From Trichoplax adhaerens (taxonomy: Eukaryota > Animalia > Placozoa), in assembly GCF_000150275.1 (NCBI RefSeq), contig NW_002060978.1, positions 1-64,000 of the forward strand: a stretch of DNA of 64,000 bases. Direction: 5' to 3'. The position numbers and the translations under genes were made by a program. Of the stretch, positions 50,430-64,000 are shown in pieces. Position 1 is the stretch's first letter. Each line of letters begins with the position of its first letter. The notes under the pieces were generated by a model. That model had not been told where the DNA came from. It did no database searches and worked only from the letters and a program-made list of their open reading frames with translations.

Positions 50430-53400
50430 CAATGCACCAGACATCGCATAAAAATTGAAATTTGAGCAAGATAATTCTTTATTGAACATCTATACGCTTT
50501 TATTTCGTAATGCTACATCATCCATTGAACGATATTTATTCCGCCCTTGAAGATTTTACATAAGCTGTTGCAGTCTTTAACATACGCAAAAATTAATTTA
50601 GTCTATAGAACGAATTGAGGAGTTTCCTCAATTGTTTTAGTAGATGCTACAGTCTTTGCAAGCAGTAATAATTATAATGCAAGATTTGCTGGTCAATTTT
50701 ACGGAAAGGTAACGTTCAATAAAATTTAAATTTTTTGGTGACACTACAGATTTAAAAATACTAAAAATCTCTTAGGATTTATTAGAACGTATCTGTTTAA
50801 AGTAGTAGATATACTGGTTGAAATAAGAAAAAATAAACAAATTTTCTGAAAGTGTACTACATCATCACTAATAACTTGTACATCTATTCATACATGCTTA
50901 TTGAAGCTTAATTCGGGTATCAACTGCCATTGCAGGAGTTATCTCGAGATTTTATGCTACAGTCTAAGAATATTAGAAGATGCTATTTTTGAATATTGAT
51001 TTTGCTGCAAGAAAGTGTCAGTGACATTATTTCATTGTTCAATGTAGTCGCTGTACTAATTAGAAATGATAAATAAAGAAATTAAATTATAATAACAAGT
51101 GGAAGAACTTTCGGCTTTCGAATTCCAAAATGATTACGACATCATATGAATAGTGGAACAATTCAACTTCTAATCCTTTCATTAGAATTTCTTGATATTC
51201 CTCATTAGACTCACGCCTAAGTCTAGAAAAGGAGGCTGATGTATTAGATTATAGGAGTTTGGATATGCAATCATTTTTAACCTAGCTTTTTCATTGTTCG
51301 TAGTTACTTTTAAAGTTAAAGCTATTATAATCGAAGAATAGCTGTAAATATTATCCTGTACTGCTATAAATAAAGTTATGATACTCATAATTTCTCATCT
51401 ACGAGTAATTGGCCATTAGTATTACATAACATCTTTAGTCTGACAAGACTAATCTCAATTAAATATATTCCAATCGAATTCTAATCCAACATGCGAGTGT
51501 ACTATAAAACCAATATTTTACTATGTTTATGCTAAGTAAGTTTTAGAGTTCTAGTAAAAATGCTACGATAATTATGATCGAGATTTCACAATTGAATTAA
51601 TAGATAGGATAAAGAAAGAAACAATAATGGTTTAAGTCTGTTTAAGCTGCTAAGTTTATGTTTTTGCATTTAATCAAAAATGCGTATATAATTGAGTATT
51701 AGAATTTCGCAATATTTTTAGCTGTAAAATTAATTCAATCATGCTCACATCCGATGGATTTCCAGCGTGAAGTTTACATAGTTTATTAGGCTTAGAGTTA
51801 CATTATGCTTTTATAAAGTTTATATCATAGATCAGAATGCTTATAAAAAATATACTCGAAGGACTTCCGGCAAGCAAAGGCACGAAGTAAAACCAGTTAT
51901 ATCGTGACAAGCGCTATATTATTTGCAATTTTCCAAATAGTAACATTATCAAGTGGCTACAGAATGTGAATTATTCCCATTATTCATATTTGTATAATTG
52001 ATCTTATCATAGATACTCCATGTAATTAAAACCCGTGGAAGATCATAGCTTAATCTTTATTGCACTCAGATAGAGTTGTGCTTATATCCAATGTTACGAA
52101 GACAAAAATGCTGCATTATTAATTTATGGACTGTTTTCTTGACATAAGACTTACGTTCTAATTTGATTATTGACAATTATCAATGCGCAAAAGGCAGTAT
52201 ATTTAAGTTCTACCTTAAACTTTGATAAGCTATTTTGAAATTTATTCGACAAAAGTTTAAACAATTTATTAGATTTTTTAATAATTGTCATAATGCTTCC
52301 TGCTTTATGAAGAATTCAGATCTCAATAATAATAGTATAGAATAACATCCATGTATTGATAACTTTGGCTATTATGCTTAATTTAAAGACTAGTAGCTTA
52401 CGTAAGCTAATCTAATACTGTTACAACATTGCTTAAAAATTGATGCTACACTCAAAATAAAATTCTGTTTAGTAAATTGATCTGATTAAATCACATAATC
52501 AACTGCAAATTATATTTCCTTATAAAACAGCATCGGAACTGGTACACAGCTGACCTTATGGCTACTCTGAAGGAGGAGCTTATTTATCAGCCTAATTCGA
52601 AAACAGTTCTTTAGTTGTTCAATGTCTCTAGCTGCTAACTATCATCAAGCCATAAGAGGTCATTCAATCAATCGATTTATAAGCAGAATCTTCAGTGGTG
52701 GATAAATTTTATTAAAAAATTGGATAAACTGTTTTAGCTTGGATAAATAACAGATCGGATTTAAAGCAAAGCTATTGAAAGATGGATTATTATCTCATAT
52801 CTATACCACGTTGATAATACAAAAAAAATTAAATTATAACGCCGAAGATCCTAATACACTGTAGTAATTAGAAACAATATTTTGTCAAAAATAAGCTCTG
52901 TTATCGTAAAACATTAAGCGCTAGACAGAATCATTTCGGACAATCTACATGGTAAATTTAAGGTAAATTTAAAGGCTAATTTTTAATCTTTATATATCTA
53001 CATAAATTGGATAACGTAGAAATTACTGAGCCGCTATATCAAAGATAAGGGTAAACTCTTTCAGTAGCAATTTGAAAATATTTACCGAAGTGAGTGTAGT
53101 TAAGGTTAATTATTTAAGGTTAGATAGAATGATTTTCGACTACCTATGGCGTAAACTTGAAGGAAATTGTTCTACTTTTTATCCGCTTAAGCCAGAAAAT
53201 ATGAAAATTAGTGAATCATAGAGTCAAAAATAGATATAAACTTTATCAATAGCAATTAAATATATTTTACTAGGTAAATCCAGTTATTGAATATCATTTA
53301 GCACTGGAAAAAACAATTTAGGATTACTCTAAATGGTGAACCTTACTTAAACTATGATGAATTAACACCTATTTATTAACCTACCTTTCGTTTTAAAGTG

Positions 53401-55346
53401 GTCTATCACCCTAATACAATATCGGCTTATAGATAATATAAAACGCTATAAGCATGCCTGGATGCAGTAAAAGGCAATGAATAAGGCATTGTTATTTGCG
53501 AATCACTTACTATATAGCTAGAGTAAGATATATTGCTAATGGGTCAAGTGCCCGCTACCTACGCTAATTAATTATATATGAATAAGAAACCTTTCCCAAT
53601 TTACTATTTATTCATGAAGGTAGACAGCTTATCCCAATTATCGAGTTTATTACAAATAAAGTAGAAACTGGATAGCAGAATCAAGTAACGATTGAAAAAT
53701 AATTTACCTACGGAAATCCAGTATTCAAATTATTCTAGGCTACTCTTAAGTCATGACATTAGACAAGGTATGAACAAAATTTGTATTATTTGTCTGCTAT
53801 CATTAACAGTGTACTATGGACGGATCGGAAATTTGGATAGCAGTAGAGAATTTAATTAGACATATTGTGATATTTTATATAGAACATTTGATTTCCTTTC
53901 GTTAAATTACAAATCCTCCTTTTTTCAAGTCTAGGCGTTAGGCATGATCATCGGAAGGGCGATGCCTTCTCCATTATTCAAATAAATGATTTATGTTGGC
54001 TTGATCACGTTACTTCGCTTGTCTTTCATATATATATATCATAATCCTATTGATAAAAATAGCTTGATTTTTATTCCATTTTCGTATTAGAAAAAGTTGT
54101 TTTTCTTATGGTAATGAATAAGAAATTGCTGTTATTAAAGGACAAAAGTCATATCAACAATTAAGGTGGGACCAAATTGGTAATAACATGAGACAAAGCA
54201 AAGACCGAAATTTTCTGCAGTATCATAGTTTGATCATAGGGAAATGATTACAATCGCCTGTTATAGAGATTTAAAAACGATTTGCCTTGAAAATAATGGA
54301 ATTCTTTTCTAGACTAATTGGCCATAGAAATGACTTAAACTGGTTTTTTCACCTTATTGGCGTAGCTAAACCTACGTAGTGTATAAGATAATATAGCAGT
54401 CGTGCATCAGAGAAGAAAATTTGAGCATACGTATTCTCTTATTCATCGAGGACATCCAATTCATTGTTCACTCATTCTATCTAAATTGGATCCATCTATA
54501 AATTAATTATTATTGACAATTAGCCTCTCGGTAGCTAAATTCTATATAAATAAATAGCTGTAATAACGGACGAAACAAACTCATTTGGTTCTAGAAAATA
54601 ACACGTAGCTTGACTCCATCATTCTCCAAGAGTATTTATACTCCTAGCCAATGGGTACCAATTTAAATCTATCGAGCAAGATGAACCATTGATATAGTCT
54701 AAAGAGAAGAAATTATCTTTTGACTCAATAGGTAGAATACTGAAGGCCGATCAAATTATGTTTTTTAATTGAAATTCAATTCCCTCTAGGAATTCTAAAT
54801 AGGAACATTGAGCCGAGTGTCCAGTAAATTTTTAGTAAAGTATCCTATTTAGTCATTGATTATTTCATCAGGAATGTCCATTGAAAAAGTAATGTTATGT
54901 TCTACCTAAGATCCGGTAATGCTTTAAAATACGAATTGAATTATTTAGCTTTGGATTGTAGCGATTGTCTCCGTCAAGAAAATTTTTTTCAGCGTTGCAA
55001 TAAAATTTCCATTTTCAATACAATTCTTTCTCGTTATTGTTTGCTACATTATAATCCTTCATTCAATTTTTTTGTATCATTAACAGTATGAAATAGTTGG
55101 GTTGGGTCTGTATACCCTAAGTAGTTATTTTTCTAATTTAGGTGATCCTTGAAATACTGGATTAGGAGCACTCTTGCTGATTCTATCCGGCATTTGGTCT
55201 ATGTTAGGGTAGTGGTGTCTGTTAAGGAGTTATTGGAAGATTATCGATAAGAAAGATATCCGAAAATTGACATCATATTTGGTTAAGAGTTCTTTCACTC
55301 TTTGAAAAGTTTTCTTTATAAAAAATTATCCTACTTTCTATCCACC

Positions 55347-58300
55347 ATGACTCGATTAATACTTTTAATATTTCTTATATGCTGCTATCAAGTACCAACA
55401 ATATCTGGACAAGAATCGCTATCGTTAGCCATGCTTAGTATAATAGACGAAACTTATGTTACCGAATCGATTGTACTCTCAACAGATAATTTTCTGTTTT
55501 CTATGGATATGCGGACATATACGTCTTCTATTTCCATGTCTATGCAGACATCAACATCCACACTTTCCTCGAGCATTGTCGCAACCCCAAGTACTGCCAG
55601 TTCAACCGCTCGACAACCAACTCCTACGCCGGTGATAGGTAAAAATTATAGGATCCTTGTTTTTTCTTGGATATATTATGATTACGTCAATTTAAAGTCA
55701 ATATGGGGAATGTCTAATTCAAATGAATAAAATACGATCTATAAAATGGTAGAATGTCATGAGTTGAGAAACAATTTAGTTTGCTAAGTAACGGTTAGGA
55801 TGAACGAGTCCAGAAATAGGGAAGGCTAATATTCTCTCCGACTTGAAATAATTTAGAGTATGACAGTCGTTTGTGTAGTGACATGCGATGCTAATTTTCT
55901 CTTCACTGCGAGATTAAAATTTGTACGCAAAACTGAAAAGGAATTGGTTTTAACTTAGATAACGATAACGAATAATACGTACTGTAATGGTTAAATTAAG
56001 ACTGAAAATGCTACTGGTAATTATTATCATAATAGTATTCTAGTGTTAAGATGCGTAAAACCGACAAAACAGTTACGGTAACGAGTTGATAAAAGATGAA
56101 TTTTCCGAAATAGCTGCCTAAAAATATGCTAAATATTCTAAGAATTAGGTCAAGACTGATATTTTCAAACTTGAATATAGTCAGAGGCAGCTGCCATTGC
56201 TAGAAAATCCTTTATTTCATCTAAAGTATACAATAATTAAAATATTTAAGGCATGGATGTAAATATAAGAATTATTCTAATAACGGTAAATAACGATTAG
56301 GATAAATATGCAATCTAATGGTTAAAATCAGATTTCTATCGATTGTAGATCCTGTCGCTATGACAGGAGATTTCGAATATAATCTGGCCAAATAGTCAAA
56401 AATGATAGTTAGCGCGTCGATATAAGTGCTAATTAAACTTATGCCAACTATAAATAGCCATCAGAATAACTAGCACAGAATAGCTAGATTAAGATTCCGA
56501 TTTTCAAGCATGGAATCGTAAATCGTAACAAACTTTACTATGATTGCTGATACATTTTTAGTATCCTTTTTTAACGTTGGATCAAATAGGTTACGGTTAA
56601 CACGTATTTAGCATTTATTATGCCCTTGGAATTGAATCAATGTCAGAAGCTGTATATATAATGAAGTATTTTGTTGCATAGCCAATAGTAAAACAAATTC
56701 TAACTAGCGTTAGCATTGCAAAATAATTTTAATTAAACCTGGCTTCTTTGGCTTTAATAACGAGTAGATAGTGGAAATATACGCCCTTTTTCACGAAATA
56801 ATGGCGTTCCAGACGGGCAATCTTGCCCGAGTATCGATATACCGCAAACGATTGGATTACCTTTCTATGGAAAATTATTTTATAAAGCTTACGTAAGTAT
56901 TAATTTGATGTTAGTCTTAGCCAGTATCTACGATAACATCTAGCTGCTATAGGCCAGACGATATAAAAATGCTGTCAATTCAATATTACCAAACGATATA
57001 AAGTAAGGAAAGTAGATTGAATTTAGCAAATCTCGAACGTCATTTTTCAATATCATAGCTTCGAAAGTTTATGCATTTATTCATTTGATGCTAATTTTTG
57101 GCTGGTTTCTGTCATAATATCACGCTGATAGTTACTAATATTAATACAGTACTTATCTGATGATATACGAGAAAAGGTTTGTAAGTACCACACTATCAAA
57201 TGATATACGGAACATAAGAAAACAGTAAAGAATCTTTAAAATTCTTCTCCTATGCTATAACGAGCTAAACTATATCAAAAAGACTACGAAGATATTGATT
57301 TAATTGCTAGTCTGGCTCAGCCCTCTTCGCTGCAATATCAGTTATTCGACGATAGATGATTTAAAATGTTTTAATGTAAGAGTTAATTACTGATAGAAAG
57401 ACAAGATATCTTGAAAACTATTTTTCTATATCGAAACTTCTTAGAACTATATTATCTGCTATACAAAAGCCTTGATTTATGATTCGTTCAGTGGGTTTCT
57501 ATTAGTATAGCTTAATCGTTAATTTTCAAATGATACATTCGTGAAAAGATATAATCTCAAATTGATTAAACTGCAGCATGTAAGGACCTAAGAAAACGGC
57601 AGACATTCTTGAAAATTAATTTTACGCACCTCACTCGACTGAGCTATATTGCAAAGTTTATAGACGCCCTGACTTAATGTTAGTGTTGGCAAGTTTCTAT
57701 TATAGTATTATAGATACTACTGATCAAACACTAATGGTTATAATTTCAACACAATCAAAAGATGTAAGGCCATAAGATAAATTTAAAGGGTTTTAAAAAT
57801 TTTTCGTGTCTATCTTGACCACATTGCAATGTACGAGATGTAAAAAGTCTTGATTTAATGTTAGCGTTGGCAAGTCACTATTGCCATCTCGTAGTTGCTA
57901 CTTATAATTATTAGATACTATAAAATGTTACAATTTCATGATCTAACGATATAAGGACGCAGCGTCAAGAATCTTTCAAAAAATATCTTTTCATGCCATA
58001 GATAGCTATTACAACAGCTAATGTTTGGTACTATTTATTGTAAGGTATTTAATAATAACCCTTTTCAACGACAAAGAAATCCTTGTAGGCTACTTAAATT
58101 GTCCTAGTAATTAGCATTGATATCAACAGCGTGGCTTAATTGATTTATTTATGATAATCTCCTTGAAAAAATAATTCTGTCAATAGAATCATAAATTTAC
58201 GGCCTTTGATATTTCCTAAATTAGATCTGTGGCAATGGTATGGTCACATTTAATCGAAATACATGGGTGAAATACCCAGTTCCCTATGGTGGTGCAGTAA

Positions 58301-61300
58301 TCACAGCTAGTATTGCTGCAATTTCGCCATTTTGGTGTTTAGCATCGCCTCAACAACCCAATGGCTCGGGAACATACTACGAAAAGTTGACGGAAAGCGC
58401 ACTATCCATCTATAGTGCAGAAATTCGATCGGCATTTAATAAAACTGATTATGTGGCATCATGGGGCTTGCAAGTCACTTGGGAAAATTTAGTTGTTGAT
58501 TCAACTCCGATTGATACTACTAAAGTAAGTTCTAGCCCACTTTTATTCTTGTTACGGTAGTCTGTGGAAAAATATCTTGCTTTGATTCTGTTTTCTATAT
58601 CAAAATTTTGTATCAAAAATATATATGTCTTATAGAAAAATACATTCCAAGTTCAAATATTAACGGATGGGACCTCGACATACGCCTTATTTCGCTATCC
58701 TAACAATGGAATTATGTGGACCTTGCCTAGTAATTACAGTTATTTATCAGGCCTTCAAATTGGTTTTCCAGTGGCTGGATGGGGCAACGGTGGCTCAACT
58801 TATAATAATATTTTTCGATCAGGAACTACTGGAATCTCACAAGTTGTTATGGGAGCTAATGCTAATTCAGGCAAACAAGGCTATTGGAGATATGTGTGAG
58901 TCAATTAAGAACAATACCTACCATAAGGCGCAAGAACAAATTAATTAACTTTATCGTTATCAGCGATTCAAATGAAGTAGATTATTGATTTTTTAAAGTA
59001 CCGTAGAATACCCGGTGCCAACTTAACCTTTCTATTTATATCGTAAGTAAATGACTAATTTATTGCAAATACGACTATTTATAGATTAACTCAGAATGCT
59101 CAAAGGCCAATTGAAGGAACATGTAGAGCTTTCTTGGCTCAGCCAGGGCCAAGATCTTTTCCACTCAGGTGCCCTTGTTCCATAGGCCAGGCTTTTTTCG
59201 ATTGGCGCTTTACTTTTGATGCTGTATCAGGTAATTCGAGATGCTTTCGTTCACGATTTATACGAAATGGGATTGCCCGTCGATGCTGCTACCGAGGATT
59301 TGGACTAGGCTATGGATCATATATCATAGGACCACGCAATCCTACAGCAGGCTACGTAGTCCAATTCAACCGAGGCTCTTTCGATCATACAGGCCACAAA
59401 GCCTGCTGTAATCAGCAAACACCTGTTCAACTATGTGTTCAATTTTATAACAAATATCCGAGTGGACTTTGCCGGCCTTCACCGCGTCAAAGTAAGTCAA
59501 TTGAATGATTGTGGTATAAGAGATGTAATTTAAGATTGCAGTCATTCCTTCTACCAATAAGCTATACCTACTGCAATTACTAGCAAATTTTTTAATTTAA
59601 AATTTATTCACTTTCTAAAATGACTATCCTATCTAATTGATATCGTCAAATATTAACTTCTTCCTTTAGTTATAACTTTGACCTCCAATCATAACAATTT
59701 CTACCATTTAACTTATTCCAATTCTTAAAATGAATTTCCTGTTTGTAATTGATGCCATCAGATATTTAATCATTTTTTTTAGCTATTACTTTGACTGTGA
59801 CAAGGCTTAGTAAATTTAAATTGTAAAATTCATTTCAATTATTCTAAAAAATGAATGTCTTATATTGAAGCCATCAGATATTGAATTCTTTCTTACCTAT
59901 AACTTTGGTTACAAGAAACATTTGTAAATTTTAATTCCAATCCCTAAAACGGTTATGCTGTATTTCATTAATTCTATCAGATATTAAAATCAATTTTAAT
60001 AACAATGATTATTTTAATAATATAAAATTAAGGCCTCAGCAATTTCTTTATCGATTCCGTTTACTTCATGCATTTGTATTGCATTTTTCCTTTTTAAAAT
60101 GGCTTTCAGTTTTAAAAGTGATATTACAGCATATGTAAATTATACTGCATAGTATAATTGGATATCGAAATTATCAACTACTGTATTTATTGCTAACTGA
60201 TGAAAATCAATGATATCTTAGGTTGGTTTTGGGGCGATCCTCATTTTAATACCGTGGATAATCAAAATTATACCTTTAACGGAATTGGTGATTTTATATT
60301 ATTACGCAATCGAACGATGAGCCAAACACCCTTCGAATTCCAAGCTCGTAGTGATGAAGTTTCTCCTGGTGCTGGAGCTACGGCATTTAAAGCTGTTGGT
60401 GGATATGAAGGTGGTAGTGGGATCGTTGAATTTAACTATGACAAGATTACTAAAAGTCTTCAATTATATTACAACAAAGTGAACCGGACAATTGGAGATT
60501 TACCACTTACCCTTGGTAGTGATGCTATTCATGTTCTTAAATTAAATTCAAGTGCGATGAGAGCGGAATTTAAATCAGGTATACAGTACTACTACGGCGT
60601 TAAAGTTTGAGTTTGAGTTTAAATAAGCTACTTTACACCAAATTTCAAATTTGTTTTAAGAGTCCATCTTTCTTCTCTTCCTCCCATACTTTAACTAAAT
60701 TTAACGATTCAGCTGGAAATATATCAATATATATTAGATGTAATTCGGTTTTACCCTTAATTATCCCTACTTAGCTATATCATATGTATCGTACCTCAAA
60801 GTAGACTTAAGTTTCTAGCAGTTATGATTATGATCTTTTAGAAATGTAACATTACTAAACAGTTTAACCAACTGGTCTATAAATCTGCTGCATTAATAAT
60901 ATTCAGCTGAAATAAATATTGAAAATCTATTATCACGATGAAAAATGGTCAAATAGGTACGACACTGCAAGCCATTTTGAGATCAGACGGAATTTTAGAT
61001 GCAACCGTGCAATTATCACGGGATTACTACGGCAATACAGAAGGCCTTTTAGGTCGATGGGACGGAATTCAGAATGATTTTGCAAATTCGAATGGTGTTG
61101 AATTTCCACTAAGTAGCACTTCAGCGCAGGAAATTGATACTGTAGGAAATACATGTAAGTAGGTTCCTTCCTACTAGTATTTTATCGTTTATCAATCGCT
61201 TTAAATCAGTTCCAAGCAAATCTTTTTTTAAGTTTTTGTTGGAATACGTGTATATGGCTTGTCGTTCTTGAGACGACATCCATCATTTTTTGATAAATTG

Positions 61301-64000
61301 GCACTTAGCAAGAGCGAAAGTAATATCTACAGTATTGATTGTCTCTCAATCTCTCAGATATAATGTTCTTGTTCTCCATAAGGTTGATTATCACTTTATG
61401 ATAAACTTGATCCTTCAGCACATTGTTGAGAAGGAATACATCTAGGCTTTCTTTTTACTCCATTCTAAAACCTAAGTAAACTAATTTACCGGCTGATCAT
61501 GCACTCTTATAAGTTTGTATGACAAGAACCATTTTGCTATGATTTCATATTTTTTCAATCGGAATTAATTAATAGTTGAATTTTCTTTTAATAACTAGTA
61601 GACATGCTTTATGCTTGATTAATAGCTAATTAATCTTGATCCGTACATTTGGATAGAAATTCATGTGTGAATGAGTAGAAGCATGGTCTGAGCTTATGCT
61701 TCATTTTTGCCTTATCAAGATGTTGATCGCATTTGGCTGAATTTACATTTTAACAGGGAGAGTAAATCCCGGAGCTGGAATCTTAATTAATTTTCCACCA
61801 ACTTCAGGATCATACCAACCAAAGTTTACTGACAATATCACTTTCAGCAGTCCAGAATTGGAAACAAATGCAACCAAAATCTGTGGACAAAATATTGCAT
61901 GTTTATTTGATGCAGCTGTAACAAATTCTCTTGCTATTGGTTTACAGTCTAGATTAGTAGATCAGACCAATAATCAAGCAAAGGAAGAATTAGGTAACGT
62001 AGGCAGTTGACTATATTATAAGTAATTTTTGTGTTTTGCGCAATATAAACATAAATTTTTAGTAAGAGCATTTGCACATTACCATAAATACAAAATGTAG
62101 ATATAGTCTGGTCTATATACGGGTATTTACCACGATAAAAGAGTAAAGTTACTCTGACTATCTACGATTATTTTTGCGAAATATAAAATGATATTATTAT
62201 AAGTGTGTTTACTTGTCTTATCAGATAGCTAGTGTAGTTTATTCTAAGAATGAATATTTTGCAAATATATATGAATAAAGTCTCATTTCGGATACGCTTA
62301 CTTGCCTTGAGAAATACTTGATGTAATCTGCGGGTATTTTTTGTCAAACATGAATACGACTCTTGAGTTGGAATATTAATTTGTCACGGCAAATACAATA
62401 TAAGCCGAATAGTCTAGCCTATCGATCAGCATTTGCAGTAATTAAAAATCATCTTTCTCGTCGAATTCTAGACCATGAACCTCCACAAATGATCGTGCCT
62501 GCATCTATTAACGTAACGGTTGGCTCTACGGTTTCTTTTACTGTTACTGCTTCAAGCAATAATGGATATAGCATCAATTTTACGATATCAGGTCTGCTAC
62601 CTACTGGAATAACATTCTCTAATGGTAGCAGCAATGGTAGCTTTGTCTGGAATGCTACATCAGCCAGTCCAGTATCCCTAACATTTATCGCTACTGATAG
62701 CAGAGGTAGGTCCTCCTCCGTAACACCAATTGTCAATATGTGCAATTGTACGAGCAATGGCCAATGTATGTTTAATGCTGCCGTTGGAGAAGCGTTTGCT
62801 GTGGTTCCGTGCAAGTGTTCTGCAGGATATACTGGTCTTCGATGCGAGAACAATATTGATGCATGCCTAGCTAATCCAGATGCATGCTATCCAGGAGTAA
62901 AATGTACAGATCAACCCCCTCCAGCTGGAATAAATGGCTTTACTTGCAGTCCATGTCCTGCAGGGCTTACCGGGAATGGAAGTACATGTACAGGTAAGCC
63001 ATGGTTTACAATAATCGTTACCAATTAACGAGATAGTTGTTAGGAATCGTTTTAGTAACGTAGAAATTGTAGCAGGATAGAGTTAGTATAAATGAGAAAG
63101 GGTAATGAGAATGATCTTTATGAGCAAACCTGCTGCTGAAAATACAAGAGTGTTGAGGAACTGTAATTCATTAAACTTAGGAGAATTTTTAGTGATACAG
63201 CTCATAAATGACTTATTGCAGACATTAATGAATGCCTGCGATCTCAGCATAAATGTAATCAAACTTGTGTCAACCTGGTTGGCTCTTATCGTTGTCAATG
63301 TCGATCTGGATATCGCTTAAATGCTGATGGCAAGGGGTGTCAAGGTAATGCTTCGATTCTGCCTTTAATTTGATTAATTTGAAATCGTTTCTCTATTCTA
63401 TCAAGTAAAAAAGACGATAAACAATAGATTTCTGAATTAAAGTTAATTAATTTATGTGTGTAAATCATATCTTAAGATATAAATGAATGCATTGGACTAA
63501 ATAACTGTCAGCAAACATGCATTAATCAGCCAGGTGGTTTTCGGTGTTCTTGCTTCGCCAATTTTATCCTTAATGTTGATGGTCGGACTTGCAGAGGTTA
63601 TATTAGTTTTCTCTCTTTGATAGTTCTTACTCTTAATAGATATTATGTTATATTGCTACATATGGTAGATTTGAAAACTCAATTACTTTTTGCACGTATT
63701 CCAAATAGCAAATAATTCTTGCCCTCAACCGAATGTATGTGGAAATAACCTTTGCCATCTAGAAGGCACTGCTGAAATTTGTACTTGCAAAAAAGGCTAT
63801 CGATTAACTGGTCCTAATACCTGTATAGGTTAGTTTGCTACAACATCAATGCGGTAATGATGAGATTGAAATTTTTCAACTATGAGTTCTATAGGCTAAT
63901 TTTCTTGTCCGGAAATGATACAGATATCAACGAATGTTTGGCTAACAACGGTGGCTGTTCTCAACTGTGTGACAATACCGTCGGAAGTTTTCGTTGCATG
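55347..64000 (+). CDS. MUC4/SUSD2-type mucin-like protein B (paralog of A), runs off the window end
   Basis: Signal peptide [21 protein letters not shown] and a short S/T domain. NIDO ([19 protein letters not shown]), AMOP ([14 protein letters not shown]), VWD ([10 protein letters not shown] at 60233-60244, GLLGRWD), EGF/DINEC exons at 62740-64000. Exon order and boundaries parallel gene A. Confidence 0.92.
57671..57940. repeat. Diverged ~180-bp intronic duplication
   Basis: ga[c/t]ttaatgttag[t/c]gttggcaagt..ctatt at ~57671 and ~57852, each followed by tagatacta..gtta[t/c]aatttca. Confidence 0.65.
59635..59990. repeat. Diverged ~110-120-bp intronic tandem repeat, ~3.5 copies
   Basis: Recurring (g)ccatcagatatt...tat[a/t]actttg at ~59645, 59754, 59871 and 59975. 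Confidence 0.6.

Noticed and set aside
50500-55300. ~4.8 kb intergenic region as a transposon or hidden gene
   Set aside because: No long ORF, terminal repeats or transposase/RT motifs seen.
62449-62853. Similar antisense ORFs in both mucins (also 43022-43273)
   Set aside because: Shadows of the conserved sense-strand EGF-region exons.

Overview
AT-rich, gene-dense, intron-rich animal sequence (introns mostly 60-120 nt, GT..AG) that starts at a chromosome end: (CCCTAA)n telomere at 1-166. Composition, intron size and gene style fit an early-branching metazoan, most likely a placozoan (Trichoplax-like; inference). Most short ORFs in the track are exon fragments or noise. Manual splicing gives 8 genes: (1) a kinesin-3-like protein (minus strand, 1.6 kb from the telomere) with an intact P-loop and microtubule-binding elements but no switch I or switch II, i.e. 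a predicted pseudo-motor; (2) PCM1, head-to-head with it across a promoter holding an RFX X-box, a CRE and TAC[A/T]GTA arrays; (3) a secreted, probably GPI-anchored protein with two Frizzled-CRD-like modules; (4) an intronless torsin with non-standard Walker motifs; (5) neurochondrin, divergent from the torsin across a (CAGTA)n array; (6, 8) two paralogous MUC4/SUSD2-type NIDO-AMOP-VWD-EGF membrane mucins flanking (7) a divergent HSD17B10-like SDR. Several local tandem duplications and one hairpin lie in intergenic or intronic DNA. Exon boundaries were read by eye and need RNA confirmation.
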